Of a DNA stretch of 64,000 nt, positions 1 to 12,839 are shown piece by piece. The notes under the pieces were generated by a model that saw only the letters and a list, made by a program, of their open reading frames with translations, did not search any database and was not told where the DNA came from. Within the stretch, counting starts at the first letter, position 1, and every line of letters begins with the position of its first letter. Source of the DNA: Octopus vulgaris (taxonomy: Eukaryota). The stretch covers positions 8,432,001-8,496,000 of the forward strand of contig OX597837.1 in NCBI GenBank assembly GCA_951406725.2. Reading direction: 5' to 3'. Position numbers and translations under genes: made by a program.

Positions 1-16
1 CATGTATATATGTAAC

Positions 17-197
17 ACCTGACAACCGGTGTTGGTGAGTTTACGTCCCTCTAACCTAGTGGTTCGGCAAAAAAAACAATAAAATAAGTACAGGGCTTTA
101 AAAATTTGCAGTCGATTCACTCAACAAAACATTTTTCAAGGCGGTGCCCCAGTATGGCCGCACTCTACTGAGTGAAACAAGTGAAAACAGAAAAAAG
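17..197 (+). mobile_element. SINE family A (CORE-like, tRNA-derived), diverged 3' half
   Basis: Matches the 3' half of the full copy at 47047-47456 (gacaacc..ggttcggcaaaa..ggcggtg.cccag.atggccgca..gaaacaagt). Confidence 0.8.
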
Positions 198-519
198 AAA
201 GTGACCACTCCTGTCCAAATTTCATATAATGAATCCACTTGTAAACTATTTAACATGCGTCCTTCTGATTTGATATAACAATATGTTTTGCTTGAGGCTT
301 ATTTGGCTGCTATTTTTATAGGGTCAAGTGATCCACGTAAACACACACACACACACACAAACATCATTGACGCGTTTATGATGAAAATAACAATTTAATG
401 AAGAAAAATCGAAAGACTGGGGTGGGGGTGAATTGGCATGGTCGTTAGAAGATCGGATTGGATGTCTTGTGATGTTTGTGCCGGAGTTTTGTGTACAGAG
501 TTCTAATTCCAACAATATC

Positions 520-1117
520 TATTTCTTTACTACCAACAAGGGGCTAAACACAGAGGGGACAAACAAGGACAGACAAACGGATTAAGTCGTTTATATCGAC
601 TCCAGTGCGTAACTGGTACTTATTTATCGACCCCGAAAGGATGAAAGGTAAAGTCGACCTCGGTGGAATTTGAACTCAGAACGTAACGGCAGACGAAATA
701 CCTATTTCTTTATTACCTACAAGGGGCTAAACACAGAGAGGACAAACAAGGACAGACAAACGAATCGAGTCGATTATATCGACGCCAGTGCGTAACTGGT
801 ACTTATTTAATCGACCCCGAGAGGATGAAAGGTAAAGTCGACCTCGGCGGAATTTGAACTCAGAACGTAGTGGCAGATCAAATACCTATTTCTTTACTAC
901 CCACAAGGGGATAAACACAGAGAGGACAAACAAGGACAGACAAACGAATCGAGACGATTATATCGACGTCAGTGCGTAACTGGTACTTATTTATTCAACC
1001 CCGAGAGGATGAAAGGTAAAGTCGACCTTGGTGGAATTTGAACTCAGAACGTAGTGCCAGACGAAATACCGCTAAGCATTTCGCCCGGCGTGCTAACGTC
1101 TCTGCCAGCTCGCCGCC
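520..1117 (-). mobile_element. SINE family B with one head and three tandem ~184-bp bodies
   Basis: Head ggcggcgagctggcagagacgttagcacgccgggcgaaatgc (rc of 1071-1117). Body units start at 520, 703 and 887, each with gaggtcgactttacctttcatcct..ggggt.ga. Confidence 0.9.
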
Positions 1118-1548
1118 TTATCGTTGCATTGTTTATTATTCTAGTATCAATAAATAAATAATAAAAACCGTGGGTCGCTAGACGTTTCTTCCCTTTTGTT
1201 TCATTTTACAATTTTTACATTCTGCTTCTCCTCATTCTCTGCTTTCACTTCTCATTATATCTACCTCTCTTATTCTCTCACTGTCTCTCTCTCTCTACCG
1301 TTGACTTCTTCCTTTACTCTCTCGCTCTTTTCTTTCCTTTTCATTTTTTATCTTTCTGTCAGTCTGGTTTGGTTAGGTGCTTTCTTAGATGGTTATTGAG
1401 GGATACCGCAGAGCACCCGTTTACCCAGAAGAAGAAAAAAACAGAATTTGACAGAGAGGTCAAGCAGGAAGCTACAAAGCTTTCATAAAAATGGGAAAAA
1501 ATGATATAATGCTCAAGAAGGAGGAGCGGTCAGAGAAAGAAAAGCAGG

Positions 1549-1590
<42 letters not shown>

Positions 1591-1614
1591 TTAATAATAA
1601 TAATAATAATAATA

Positions 1615-1701
<87 letters not shown>

Positions 1702-1793
1702 GTAGTGGTAGTAGTAATAATAATAATAATATAGTAGTAGTAGTAGTAATAATAATAATAAAAATAAAAATAATAATAATAATAATAATAATG

Positions 1794-1870
<77 letters not shown>

Positions 1871-1973
1871 AAGAAGAAGAACAACAACAACAACAATAAG
1901 AATAATATTAATAATAAGAAAAACAACAACAACAACAATAAGAATATTGACAATGATAAAGAAGATGGTAATG

Positions 1974-2036
<63 letters not shown>
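1549..2036. repeat. (AAT)n microsatellite with AGT/AAC/AAG variants
   Basis: Directly visible. Confidence 0.97.
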
Positions 2037-2037
<1 letters not shown>

Positions 2038-2208
2038 AAAGAAGACGAAGATGAAAGAAACATTAAGATATTAAAGAATAATATACATTCTGTCTGTATA
2101 ATATACACGCATATATACATTCATATACGCACACACATACATATATATGTCTTGTGTTTGTGTGTTTGTGGCTGCGTATATATCTATGTGTGTGTGTGTA
2201 TGTTTGTG

Positions 2209-2243
<35 letters not shown>

Positions 2244-2559
2244 ATTTATGCATACATGAGTATGTATTGAGAACTAAGTATCCATAAGTTTATATTGGAA
2301 CAACTTTGACAGTTTGATAAATATTTAGATAGTGTATTAAAGACCTATATAGATATTTATCAGATTGTTTTCCAAATATTGTGCTGCACACACGCTTAAA
2401 CACACGCCTAAATATCTAGAAATATATAGCCATAGCTATATGATATACATTATATACATACACATATATATACACACATATATATACTTATATATACACA
2501 CATATATATATACATATATATATACACATATATATACACACATATATATACACATATAT

Positions 2560-2602
<43 letters not shown>

Positions 2603-3019
2603 TATGTACATACACACACATATATTTACACACACACACACACATATATATATATGTATGTATATAAACACACGTAGGTATATATACATATGCGTGTTTG
2701 TCTGTGTGTCAATACATTGCGGTGACCCAGTATAAGCCACAACCCAATTCCTGGAACCGGTAAAAGTGCGCACACACACTGACACACAAGTACAAACAGA
2801 CACACTGACAGACACATACGCACATACATGCGTATACACCACACATAAAAAGAAACAAAAACACAAATATTTAGATACATAAAAGAAAGCGGAGATACGT
2901 ATATCTAAATATGATTCTTTTTTCTTTTAACATACGGTCATATGTGTTTGTGTTTTGAATATCGACATATTTGTCGATATTCATAACATTATTGAGTTTT
3001 CCGTCCATATACCGTATAT

Positions 3020-3640
3020 ATTTATTCAGTTTTATTTCAAGATTTCCTACCAATAGAGAAAAAAACCAGTTTCTAACCCAAATCTAAGGTTCCTTCATTG
3101 GAATCAGATTTAAATGTTTTGTTTTATGTATTCTCATGCCTATAGTTGCATGTCTAGACATGCTCATATATATTTAAATGATAAATTTCTGGAAAGTTTT
3201 ACAGATCTGTATAGTTCCAGCAATAGATTGGATCTGTAGTCTTCGAATTAGCTTTCTCCTTTCTGGTTTTGAGAAGCCGAATTTCTCAAGATTCATATTT
3301 AGACAGTGTGTTACATTTCCCAATAATTACAGATATAAACCTGAAATTGTCATCTGGATAGACTAGCTGTAAATTCCTCAATAGTTAAGCGTCGGTATTT
3401 CCTCCTTTACTCATCTGTAACTAGTCAATTTATTTCCATAATTGTACACAGTTTCTCTTCTCTATTTCAAATTACTATGTCTGGTCTATTATGTTTACAT
3501 TTTATTGAAGTTTTCACTGCAACATTCCACCAGTACTCGTTGTTATTATGAATGTGTATGGCTTGAAACCATACCGTAGGTTAATATTTCTTTGACGTTA
3601 GGGTTGTCCTTCCAACGGATCTAATTATACAGTGTCTTAA
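3020..3640 (-). pseudogene. 3' fragment of an R4/Dong-like non-LTR retrotransposon (restriction-like endonuclease domain plus 3' UTR)
   Basis: Minus strand around 3430-3560 reads EYWWNVAVKTSIKCKHNRPDIVI*NREEKLCTIMEI. This matches the W..T....HNRPDIV...K.C.I.E/D signature of PD-(D/E)xK endonucleases in R4/Dong elements. In-frame stops present. Confidence 0.8.
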
Positions 3641-3711
3641 CTACAATATATATGTATGTATGGATGTATGGATGCATGGATGCATGCATGTATGTATGTA
3701 TGTATGTATGT

Positions 3712-4100
3712 AGGAATGTCATTATTCAGTTTATTTCAAGATTTTCTGTCAATAGAAAGAGAACCTGTTTCTAACCTAGATCCAATTCTCCTTCATTGGA
3801 ATTTCAACATTAACAACAAGTTATTTTTGTTTGTTTGTTTGTATGTATGTATGTATGTATGTATGTATGTATGTATGTATATATGTATGTATGTAGGTAT
3901 GTATGTATTATGTATGTATTATGTATGTATGTATGTATGTATGTATGTATGTATGTATGTATGTAGGTATGTATATGCAGATCTTTATGTCTTATGAATG
4001 TATTCCCATGTATATAGTTGCATATCTAGACATGCTCATTGGAAAGTTTTACCGATTTTAACGGTTCCTGTGATGGATTGGATCTTCGAATTAGCTTTAT
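3712..4100 (-). mobile_element. Second, shorter copy of the same R4/Dong-like 3' end, interrupted by (TATG)n
   Basis: ttattcagtt.atttcaagatt..aataga..gtttctaacc..ccttcattggaat at 3722-3803 matches 3022-3103. atgtatt..tctagacatgctca..tggaaagttttac at ~3998-4100 matches ~3127-3254. Confidence 0.8.
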
Positions 4101-4380
4101 GTATGGATGGATGTATTATGCATGTTTGTATATATTTATGTATATTTGTATGTATCTGTGTATCTCTCTCTCTCTCTCTGTATCTCTATCTATCTATTTG
4201 TCTATGTGTCTACCTCATTACTTATTCACTTCTACATTATGTAAATATAAAATGACAAACTCAGCTTTAAAACATGCAATTCTATTTTTAGTTTTACATC
4301 CACACACACACACATGTATATATATATATATACATACACACACACACACACACACATATATGTATATATATATATATATA

Positions 4381-4597
4381 GTTAATCCAAACAAGAAAAC
4401 ACAGAAAAAAAGAGAGAAAAAAAAACACAGCAACGCAGGACGTGGAACAATTAAAGTATTATTGACGCTCAGGAAAGAAGGGAAGGAGGGTTTAACGTTT
4501 CGAGCGGAGCTCTTCGTCGGAAACAAGGAGAAGGAAAGATCCCAAGAAGGGAAGACAGAGGAAAAAATATTTGAGCTGGTGGTGCTCAAGAGATCAC
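4381..4597 (-). mobile_element. ~210-bp non-autonomous element with a minimal hammerhead-like motif (short HHR family)
   Basis: The rc aligns along its length with 14789-14996, ends in gtttggattaac, and is flanked by (TA)n. Confidence 0.8.
4490..4524 (-). ncRNA. Minimal type I hammerhead motif, CCGACGA core variant
   Basis: rc: gttt-CCGACGA-a-GAGC-tcc-GCTC-GAAA-C-GTT-aaac. Stem I gttt/aaac, stem II GAGC/GCTC, palindromic AACGTT stem III. Confidence 0.65.
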
Positions 4598-4623
4598 ATA
4601 TATATATATATATATATATATAT

Positions 4624-5090
<467 letters not shown>

Positions 5091-5870
5091 CATATTCGTG
5101 TGTGTATTCATTCAGATAGATGTCATCGTCTATCTATTTAGCTATCTTCCTATGAGCTTGTTTGTCTGCATGCTTGTATGTATGTATGTACGTATACATG
5201 TGCATGTCTGTCCCCATGGAGACGGAGAGTATGCTACATGTATCATAGTATATTGTTATAGAAATACGCAAAATTGCAAGTATGTAACTAGGTACTTTTT
5301 GAAAAGTCACGTGAGGAGACGCATATGCATCTATAATGCATGAGAATTTTTTTCTACCACATATTATCCTGAAAGTATCAGACAATAATAGTATTAGTCA
5401 TGAATAAAGAATCTCCCGAATTCCATTTTCCATCTCTCATAATTCATATAAACTGTAAGGGGACAAACGACTTCGTAAAGTAAATCCCGTAGCATATATG
5501 CCTCCATACTGTTGTTGACTGCAGGTAACCTAATGCTGTGGATGGGCTTTAAACTGCATACAACAAGGTGTATACCAGAATATAAAACTAGTACTATACA
5601 TTCTTCGACGTACATTATGTGTATATTTGTGTGTGTGAGTGAGTGTGTGCGCCCATCTATGTATGTGAGTGTGTTATTAGTATACATATATTCTTGTATG
5701 TATACATATATATATATAGTCTCACATATATACATATATATATATATATATAGATACATACATACACAAATCTGTACAGCCTATTTTGACACACATAAAA
5801 TTGTAAATGATGAAACACAAACACGTACGCATATACCTGTATAAATATAGAGATGCTCATACACGTGAAG

Positions 5871-5916
<46 letters not shown>

Positions 5917-6055
5917 TGTGAGGGAGAGAGGTGCAAGAAGACACACGAAACAACTACCACAACAACAACAACAACAAGTGAAACAAAATAATCAATAACT
6001 GTAACAAAACAATGAAACGCACATTTATTTCAATATTAATATAATAAACTCGGAG

Positions 6056-6142
<87 letters not shown>

Positions 6143-6169
6143 CTTTATATATTTATATATATATATATG

Positions 6170-6224
<55 letters not shown>

Positions 6225-6227
6225 ATG

Positions 6228-6274
<47 letters not shown>

Positions 6275-6440
6275 GAGAAAAAGAACACAATATTTTCCGC
6301 AACATAAATATTCATGAGATTTTTATTACGTATAAATCATTATATATGTGTATTAATAAATATTTGAACGTATGTGACACCGTCATATTAAACTGACATC
6401 CTCTCCTATTAACTCGGAAAATGAATATGTATGTATGTAT

Positions 6441-6491
<51 letters not shown>

Positions 6492-6939
6492 CATCTACTT
6501 ATGCGTATAATGAGATAGATGGAGTGGTAGAAAGATTTGCACTTGTATAAATACGCATATAGACACCTAGTTATTTATTAGTATTATATATTTGTACGTC
6601 CTCGCAAACACACAATCACATACAGAATTGTAATCTGAAAAACCTTATTCTATTTCAGTTCGTTATTTCAATTCTATTATTCTTGTATTGATATTACGTT
6701 TTTAGATTGTCAGCATATAATTTGATCCACCATTCTGCACACACACACGCACACACGCACACACGCACACTTACACATGTGTGCATGTATATGTGTATAT
6801 ATATGTGTGTGTATTTGCGCGCGAGTGTACCTAAATATTGATATTTGCATACGATGATATATATCAAAGGTATAATAATAGTAGTTAAAATAATATTGAT
6901 GTCAAATTTTGGCATAAGGTGAGCACTTTCAAATAGGGG

Positions 6940-7320
6940 TTAATTAGATAAGCTCGAACTCAGTGTTCGATTGGTGCTTACTTTATCGACCCTGAAAGTA
7001 TGCAAGGCAAAAGTCGATCCCGGTGGAATTTGAACTCAGATCGCGAAGACAGACGAAATGACACGAAGCATTTTGCAGGCCGGGGTTGAAAGATTTTGCC
7101 AGCTTCCTGCCCTTAGTTTGAAATTATATTAATTCTTTCTTCTCTTGATACCGAGCCAGCCATGAGAATTTCGTTGACCCCAATATCTTAGTGGCACTTC
7201 ATTTTATCAACCCTGAAAAGAGAAAAGGCAACGCTGAACTCGGCGTGATTTGATTCCAGAATGTCAAGCGCCGAAAAATATGCCGTCGAACCCTTCTTTC
7301 CGACGCGCTAGCAATTCTGT
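6940..7320 (-). mobile_element. Two diverged SINE family B copies
   Basis: ttatcgaccctgaaa..gcaaggcaaaagtcga..ggaatttgaactcaga at ~6983-7040, with a second more diverged match at ~7203-7260. Confidence 0.7.
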
Positions 7321-7893
7321 GGAACAATGCAAATAATAATTAGATATATGTATATTTATATGTCAATTCATATTTTTGCCTTGATATAAATCTCTATATT
7401 TCGTGAAATTGTTTCTAAGAACATTTCTTTTGTTTCAATTTCTTATTATATTTTTCTCTATCTTTACGATCTTTTATTTCGTAGGTTATTAATGGCACAT
7501 ATATGATTTTTCCTATTCTTTCTTTTATATTTATTATTTTCCGATGCCCAAATTATCTACAAGTTACTTTATAATATCTTACTGAATTTCCCTTCTCTTC
7601 TCTAGAAAGCTGTCTTATTAATTTATTTTAATTTTATTCTTATTGTATTCCATACATTAATATTAAAAAAAAAATTCACTGCATTTCCAAAATACGTTAA
7701 AGTATTATTTTTAACATAAATTTCTCTAGCTTAATATCTGCATGAATTCAGAAACTGCATGGCTCAGCGGAGTTATGCTGCTTTGAATTTTTAGCCAAAT
7801 GATTCCACTCCAGGTCTTCTTTTTTCAGCCTTCTTTTTTTTGCCGAACCGTCAATTGATACTCTACTGCAAGAAAACTATATAAACCATGGTT

Positions 7894-7980
<87 letters not shown>

Positions 7981-7983
<3 letters not shown>

Positions 7984-8165
7984 AGAAAAAAGCAACAAGA
8001 ATGGATTGTACTGAAAAACTAATCCATTCTTGTTGCTTTTATCTTGTTTATAATCACCCCACATTATTTTATGGTTAATACCATATAAATTTCTAGTGCA
8101 TCTAAGTTAAGTACCGCATTCATGTGAATTCATTGGAACTCACTTGAATCTTAATTGCTTTTACT
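7981..8165 (+). mobile_element. Short insertion in (TA)n beginning with a ~27-bp inverted repeat
   Basis: acaagaaaaaagcaacaagaatggatt (7981-8007) pairs with aatccattcttgttgcttttatcttgt (8021-8047). (TA)n on both sides. Confidence 0.6.
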
Positions 8166-8186
8166 ATATATATATATATATATATA

Positions 8187-8316
8187 CCAAACTCCATTCT
8201 TCACCAAGTGCCACATATTAGAGGAGGCTCTTAGTAATAACAGTGTAGCACAAAACGGCGGTGCATCAGCATGGCCGCAGCTCTGAGCTGAAACAAGAAA
8301 AACGAAAAACGAAAAA

Positions 8317-8320
<4 letters not shown>
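8187..8320 (+). mobile_element. 3' tail of the CR1/L2-like LINE
   Basis: ggcggtgcatcagcatggccgcagctctgagctgaaac plus A-rich repeats, as at 14715-14780. Confidence 0.65.
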
Positions 8321-8351
<31 letters not shown>

Positions 8352-8354
<3 letters not shown>

Positions 8355-9139
8355 ATAATAAAATAAGAAAACAGAGAGATAATTAACAAATTAATATTTA
8401 TTAATTAAAAAACTTTTTGTTCAATAGTTCCCAATCTTTATTAGTCTAGCTCCATGATAATTTTGTTAAGAAGTGAAAGGCTATACTTTATAAGTCTTTA
8501 TTCATATATTTATTTTTACTCTATTTTGACTTTTTACTCTATTTTGTTTTATTTAATTTACTTTATCCTTGATTTTATTTCTTAATTTTTATGTACCCCA
8601 ACATTAACTTAATATATCTAATAAGTCTTTTAACCCTTTCGATATTTACAATGAGTAATAGATTGTCTGGAATGTCTTCCACCTTAATTAGATATTAATA
8701 ATAACTATGCATACTTGAATTAAACTCTACATACGAATTTTCTATTGATTTAATATGGATGGACATACTATCACTATATATGACACTTATACCAGTATAT
8801 CTACTTACATTTTTCTTACACTAAACACTCTATATAATCTATTCTTACTTTACAATCCAATACACACTACCTTTCTCCACTTTCTAAGGTCAGTACCATG
8901 CTTTATACTTTGTTGTTTATGTATAAGTTTTATGAGTTAACGGTGTGCAGCCGTATAGTCCACATGCAGGAATTGAGCACCTATTTTGTATATCTTAAAC
9001 TACCTCTGACGAGATTACAGTTTCAAATGATTTTGAATTTTAATTTTATTATTTAATTTTCTGAAGGTCTTGAATTGAAACAGCTGTAAGGGATTCTTGT
9101 CAATAGATAATAATTTATTAATTATCTCTCTATTTTCTT

Positions 9140-9142
<3 letters not shown>
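8352..9142 (+). mobile_element. Non-coding Penelope-type element with hammerhead and inverted terminal copy
   Basis: 8359-8393 is an imperfect inverse of 9111-9142. HHR at 9001-9093. Flanked by (TA)n and (TCTA)n. Confidence 0.65.
9001..9093 (+). ncRNA. Type I hammerhead ribozyme with long stem II
   Basis: cct-CTGACGA(9006-9012)-[stem II 9013-9076]-GAAA(9077-9080)-C-AGCT-GTA(9086-9088)-agg. Palindromic ACAGCTGT stem III. Stem I is only 3 contiguous bp. Confidence 0.7.
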
Positions 9143-9205
<63 letters not shown>

Positions 9206-9526
9206 GTCTATCTATCTATCTGAAAATGGAATCCGGCAACCCCTTTCGTTTTAAACATTTTATATAACATACACGCGTTTCTTGAGATTAGCCGACATCA
9301 ATCACGCAAGCATAAGACACATATATATGAACGACTGCCTTCAGTATAACCCGTTGTTGTTACTCAAAACATCTACCGAGTGGCATTTAATCCCATATCC
9401 AGGTTTTATAGTTGATGCCCCTCAATATCTCGAAAAACATTTAAAGCATTGAAATTGATAGCGTTTCCTGCCTTCCTTTTCTACTGAAAGACAGAGATAG
9501 AGTGTAGAAATGAGAGATAAGGGGGT

Positions 9527-9579
<53 letters not shown>

Positions 9580-10061
9580 CATACCTACTTATTTTACTAT
9601 CGTCGATAAACAGGATAGAAGATGGATGGATTTTATAACGCCTTGCCGAATTCGTGCAATGAAATCGAACCAGTTAATTGTAGATCAATTGTTTTTAAAG
9701 TACAACCATTTAGTCTGAAGATAAAACAGTAAAAATCCCCCCAAAATGTCTTGCAAAATAATAGACTGCTTAAAAGATGAAGAAATGAAAAAGAATCAAA
9801 CGTAAATGTAATCTTTAGGAAGATCATGTAATGTGACATATGAGGTTTGAAGTCTGCTTAAATCTAGCGGAATGTTTATAAAGGTAAAAGTTAAAAACAT
9901 CTCGGATTCTTAAATCGATAGCGTGACATATATATTTGAGATTCTGATTGTAATGCCCGATATCAGAGGAAATGATGGCCACATGACTGATTGTGCGGTT
10001 TCATCATTGGCTGGTGTGCATGGACTCTTGTATGTTTCTAAATGCGTGTTTGTTTCTATCA

Positions 10062-10172
<111 letters not shown>

Positions 10173-10190
10173 CATACATACATACATACA

Positions 10191-10224
<34 letters not shown>

Positions 10225-10388
10225 GGCGCATGAGTGGCTGTGTAGGAAGTAGCTTGCTTACCAACCACATGGTGCTGGGTTCAGTCCCGCTGCGTGGCAA
10301 CTTGGTGAAGTATCTTCTACTATAGCCTCGGGCCAACCAAAGACTTGTGAGTGGATTTGGTAGACGGAAACTGAAGAATCCCGAGTAT
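10225..10388 (+). mobile_element. SINE family A, 5' half
   Basis: tRNA-like head with B box ggttcagtccc, then the family A body up to its internal (TA)n. Confidence 0.85.
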
Positions 10389-10780
10389 ATATATATTTAT
10401 CATTATTTGTAAATTGAGATTTTCCCGACGTATATATTATTATTATTATTAGATTTTCTTCATGCAAAATATATATGGCATAAATCTTCAAAATCGAGAA
10501 AATTACACATATTTTTTCTTCTGTGTAAAGCTAGCTAGATATACATCTATATTCGGATGCGAAACAGCAATTTCGAATGACTGATAGGTTTATGAATTCC
10601 TGCTGGCTGTCTTCAGATAACAAGGAAAAGAACGAACGATAGGAAGATTATTGAAAAAATCAAAGTAGATTAGCATTGATTATAGCGGTATTAATTAGGA
10701 GTATATTGATAGCTTAAAATCTTTAGTTATTAACTTAGAAACGATATTTTAGTAAACGTACGCCTAAGTCTCTATTTGTG

Positions 10781-10837
<57 letters not shown>

Positions 10838-11109
10838 TATATGTGTTTCAATATATGTAAGTGTTCATATGTGTGAGTGTGTGTATGGATGTATAACATA
10901 CATACACACAAACATATATATATATATATAGATATATATATATATGGGTGTGTGTGATTGTGTATAGAAGAATATATTAATAAAAAGAATTCCAACCTTG
11001 TCTGATTTTCACGTTTTATTTACAATCTTATAATGATATATTATAAGATAATATATTATAATTGAATAAAATAAAATGAAATAGTAGAATGTTAAATATT
11101 CATTCTGAT

Positions 11110-11154
11110 TGAACTAGTACTTTCATGCATTGAATTCTGCAATCTTCGGGTTCA
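11110..11154 (-). ncRNA. Type I hammerhead motif in the PLE 3' region, CCGAAGA core variant
   Basis: rc: tgaac-CCGAAGA-t-TGCA-gaattcaa-TGCA-t-GAAA-GTA-CTA-gttca. Stem I tgaac/gttca, palindromic AGTACT stem III, predicted cut between 11115 and 11114. Confidence 0.72.
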
Positions 11155-11217
11155 TGTAGTAGTGTTGACAGTCATGCTTCACAATTTTTGACTGTAGCAA
11201 GATGAGTGATTCTGTGC

Positions 11218-11331
11218 TATAAATACAGCTGGGTAGGCTCCAGAGTGCTAGGTTTTGCAAACTGTATTCTGACCAATCAGTGTGTAGTATCACTCAATTA
11301 CTTAAGCTGATTGGTTGGTTGAGCTGATTGG
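11218..11331 (-). promoter_or_regulatory. Putative pLTR promoter of the PLE
   Basis: CCAAT boxes at 11327-11331 and 11310-11314 (minus) and 11273-11277 (plus), then TATTTATA (rc of 11218-11225) about 65 nt upstream of the HHR. Confidence 0.5.
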
Positions 11332-11648
11332 TTTAGGCATCACGCTTTGTTGGACAGGTCAAGAGTCCTGTATCTTGACCCTGGCCGAAGCAGCAATTGT
11401 TGGGTTATTTTTAGAAATGTTGTAAATATCCTTTGTCAGAGATTTTTATATTTTTATATTTCAATTGTCATCATCATCATTGTCAGCACCTTAATTATTG
11501 TTGCTAGTGGTGATGGTGGTGGCAATAGAACTTTTAACCCTAAATAAGATAATTTTCCTGCTATCTTCGTCTTGATCACCTTTAGTATTGTTGTTGTTGT
11601 TAGTGGTCATGGTCGTAGCAGTGGAAGTAATACCTCTAAGTATTATTA

Positions 11649-12476
11649 TTATTGCTTATTTAGCTTGGGTTCGAATTTATCAATAAAATTCTTTTCTCTG
11701 ATTTTCCTCTCGATTTCACTTGGGCTGTGTAATTTGTAGAATGGAAATATTATATATATTTTCCGACCACATGTTGCTAGGTGGTTACTCAAAGGTATCT
11801 GACGGACCTCTGGGTCTCTAATCTGTTGCCGGTGTACACGTGAGCGTTCTAATAGAGCGTTTCCCGTCTGACCTACATATATTTCTTCACAATTTGGGCA
11901 TTTGATGCAGTAAATTAAATTTCTGCTTTTGCAGTTCATATTCGCGTTTGTGAATATTTTCCCGGTTTTTGTGTTTATATATTGACCGGTATGTATGAAT
12001 TGGCATGTGCCACATCGGCTATCATTGCATTTAGATACCGTGAATGTTTGGTCTTTGTTGCTGAGGTCAAATTTTGCCTTTGTTAGTAATGTTTTCAAGT
12101 TTTTAGGCTGTCTTTTACTAAGCACCATAGCTCGATCCTTGATTATGTCTTTTAATTCATTACTTTGGGCAATGATTGGTAGGTTTGCTTTGGCAATGTT
12201 GAAGATATTCTGGTGACATGGGTTGTGTGTCACTATGAATGGTATGACTTGTTCTTGTTTTCCTCTTCCTTGGGTTGTCCTAAGTTGTTGTATAGGTATT
12301 TTTATAGCCCGCTGTATGCCATTTTCTATAAGTAGAGATGGGTATTTTTGTTTGAGCAAAAATTCTCTTAGTTCTATTAGGCGTTTGTTCCTGATATTTG
12401 CATCTTCTACAATAGTACAAATTCTTCTGGCTAGGCAGTATGGGATGTTACGTTTTGTATGTGGTGGATGGCACGA

Positions 12477-12479
<3 letters not shown>
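11649..12479 (-). CDS. C-terminal 277 codons of a Penelope-like RT-GIY-YIG endonuclease ORF (5'-truncated, no true start)
   Basis: [19 protein letters not shown] (PLE RT thumb), [18 protein letters not shown] Cys linker, [19 protein letters not shown] (GIY-YIG), R..H, H, and REKNFI...PKLN. Uninterrupted frame. The ORF-track start MYIYIY.. is microsatellite. Confidence 0.93.
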
Positions 12480-12525
<46 letters not shown>

Positions 12526-12532
12526 ATATATT

Positions 12533-12595
<63 letters not shown>

Positions 12596-12786
12596 CATAT
12601 ATATATATATACACACACACACACATATATATATATATATTATTACACATACTCATACACTGAGATATATTACTTCATGAATACATACAAAGCAGATCTA
12701 GGGAAAGTAATACTGAAATATATTGAGAGAAGAGGAGAAAAAGAGCGGGATGTATACACACACATACACACACACACACACACAAC

Positions 12787-12839
<53 letters not shown>

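Larger units (their letters stand above)
10960..12480 (-). mobile_element. 5'-truncated Penelope-like element (Neptune-like) inserted in (TA)n
   Basis: GIY-YIG ORF, 3' region with CCAAT/TATA-like motifs and an HHR. The 5' truncation abuts (TA)n at 12481. The 3' boundary is approximate. Confidence 0.9.

Noticed and set aside
520-1117. CRISPR-like or satellite interpretation of the tandem units
   Set aside because: No repeat-spacer structure, eukaryotic context, and the units are SINE bodies.
10555-10625. Minus-strand CTGAAGA...GAAA hammerhead candidate
   Set aside because: No stem I partner after any NUH and stem II does not close.
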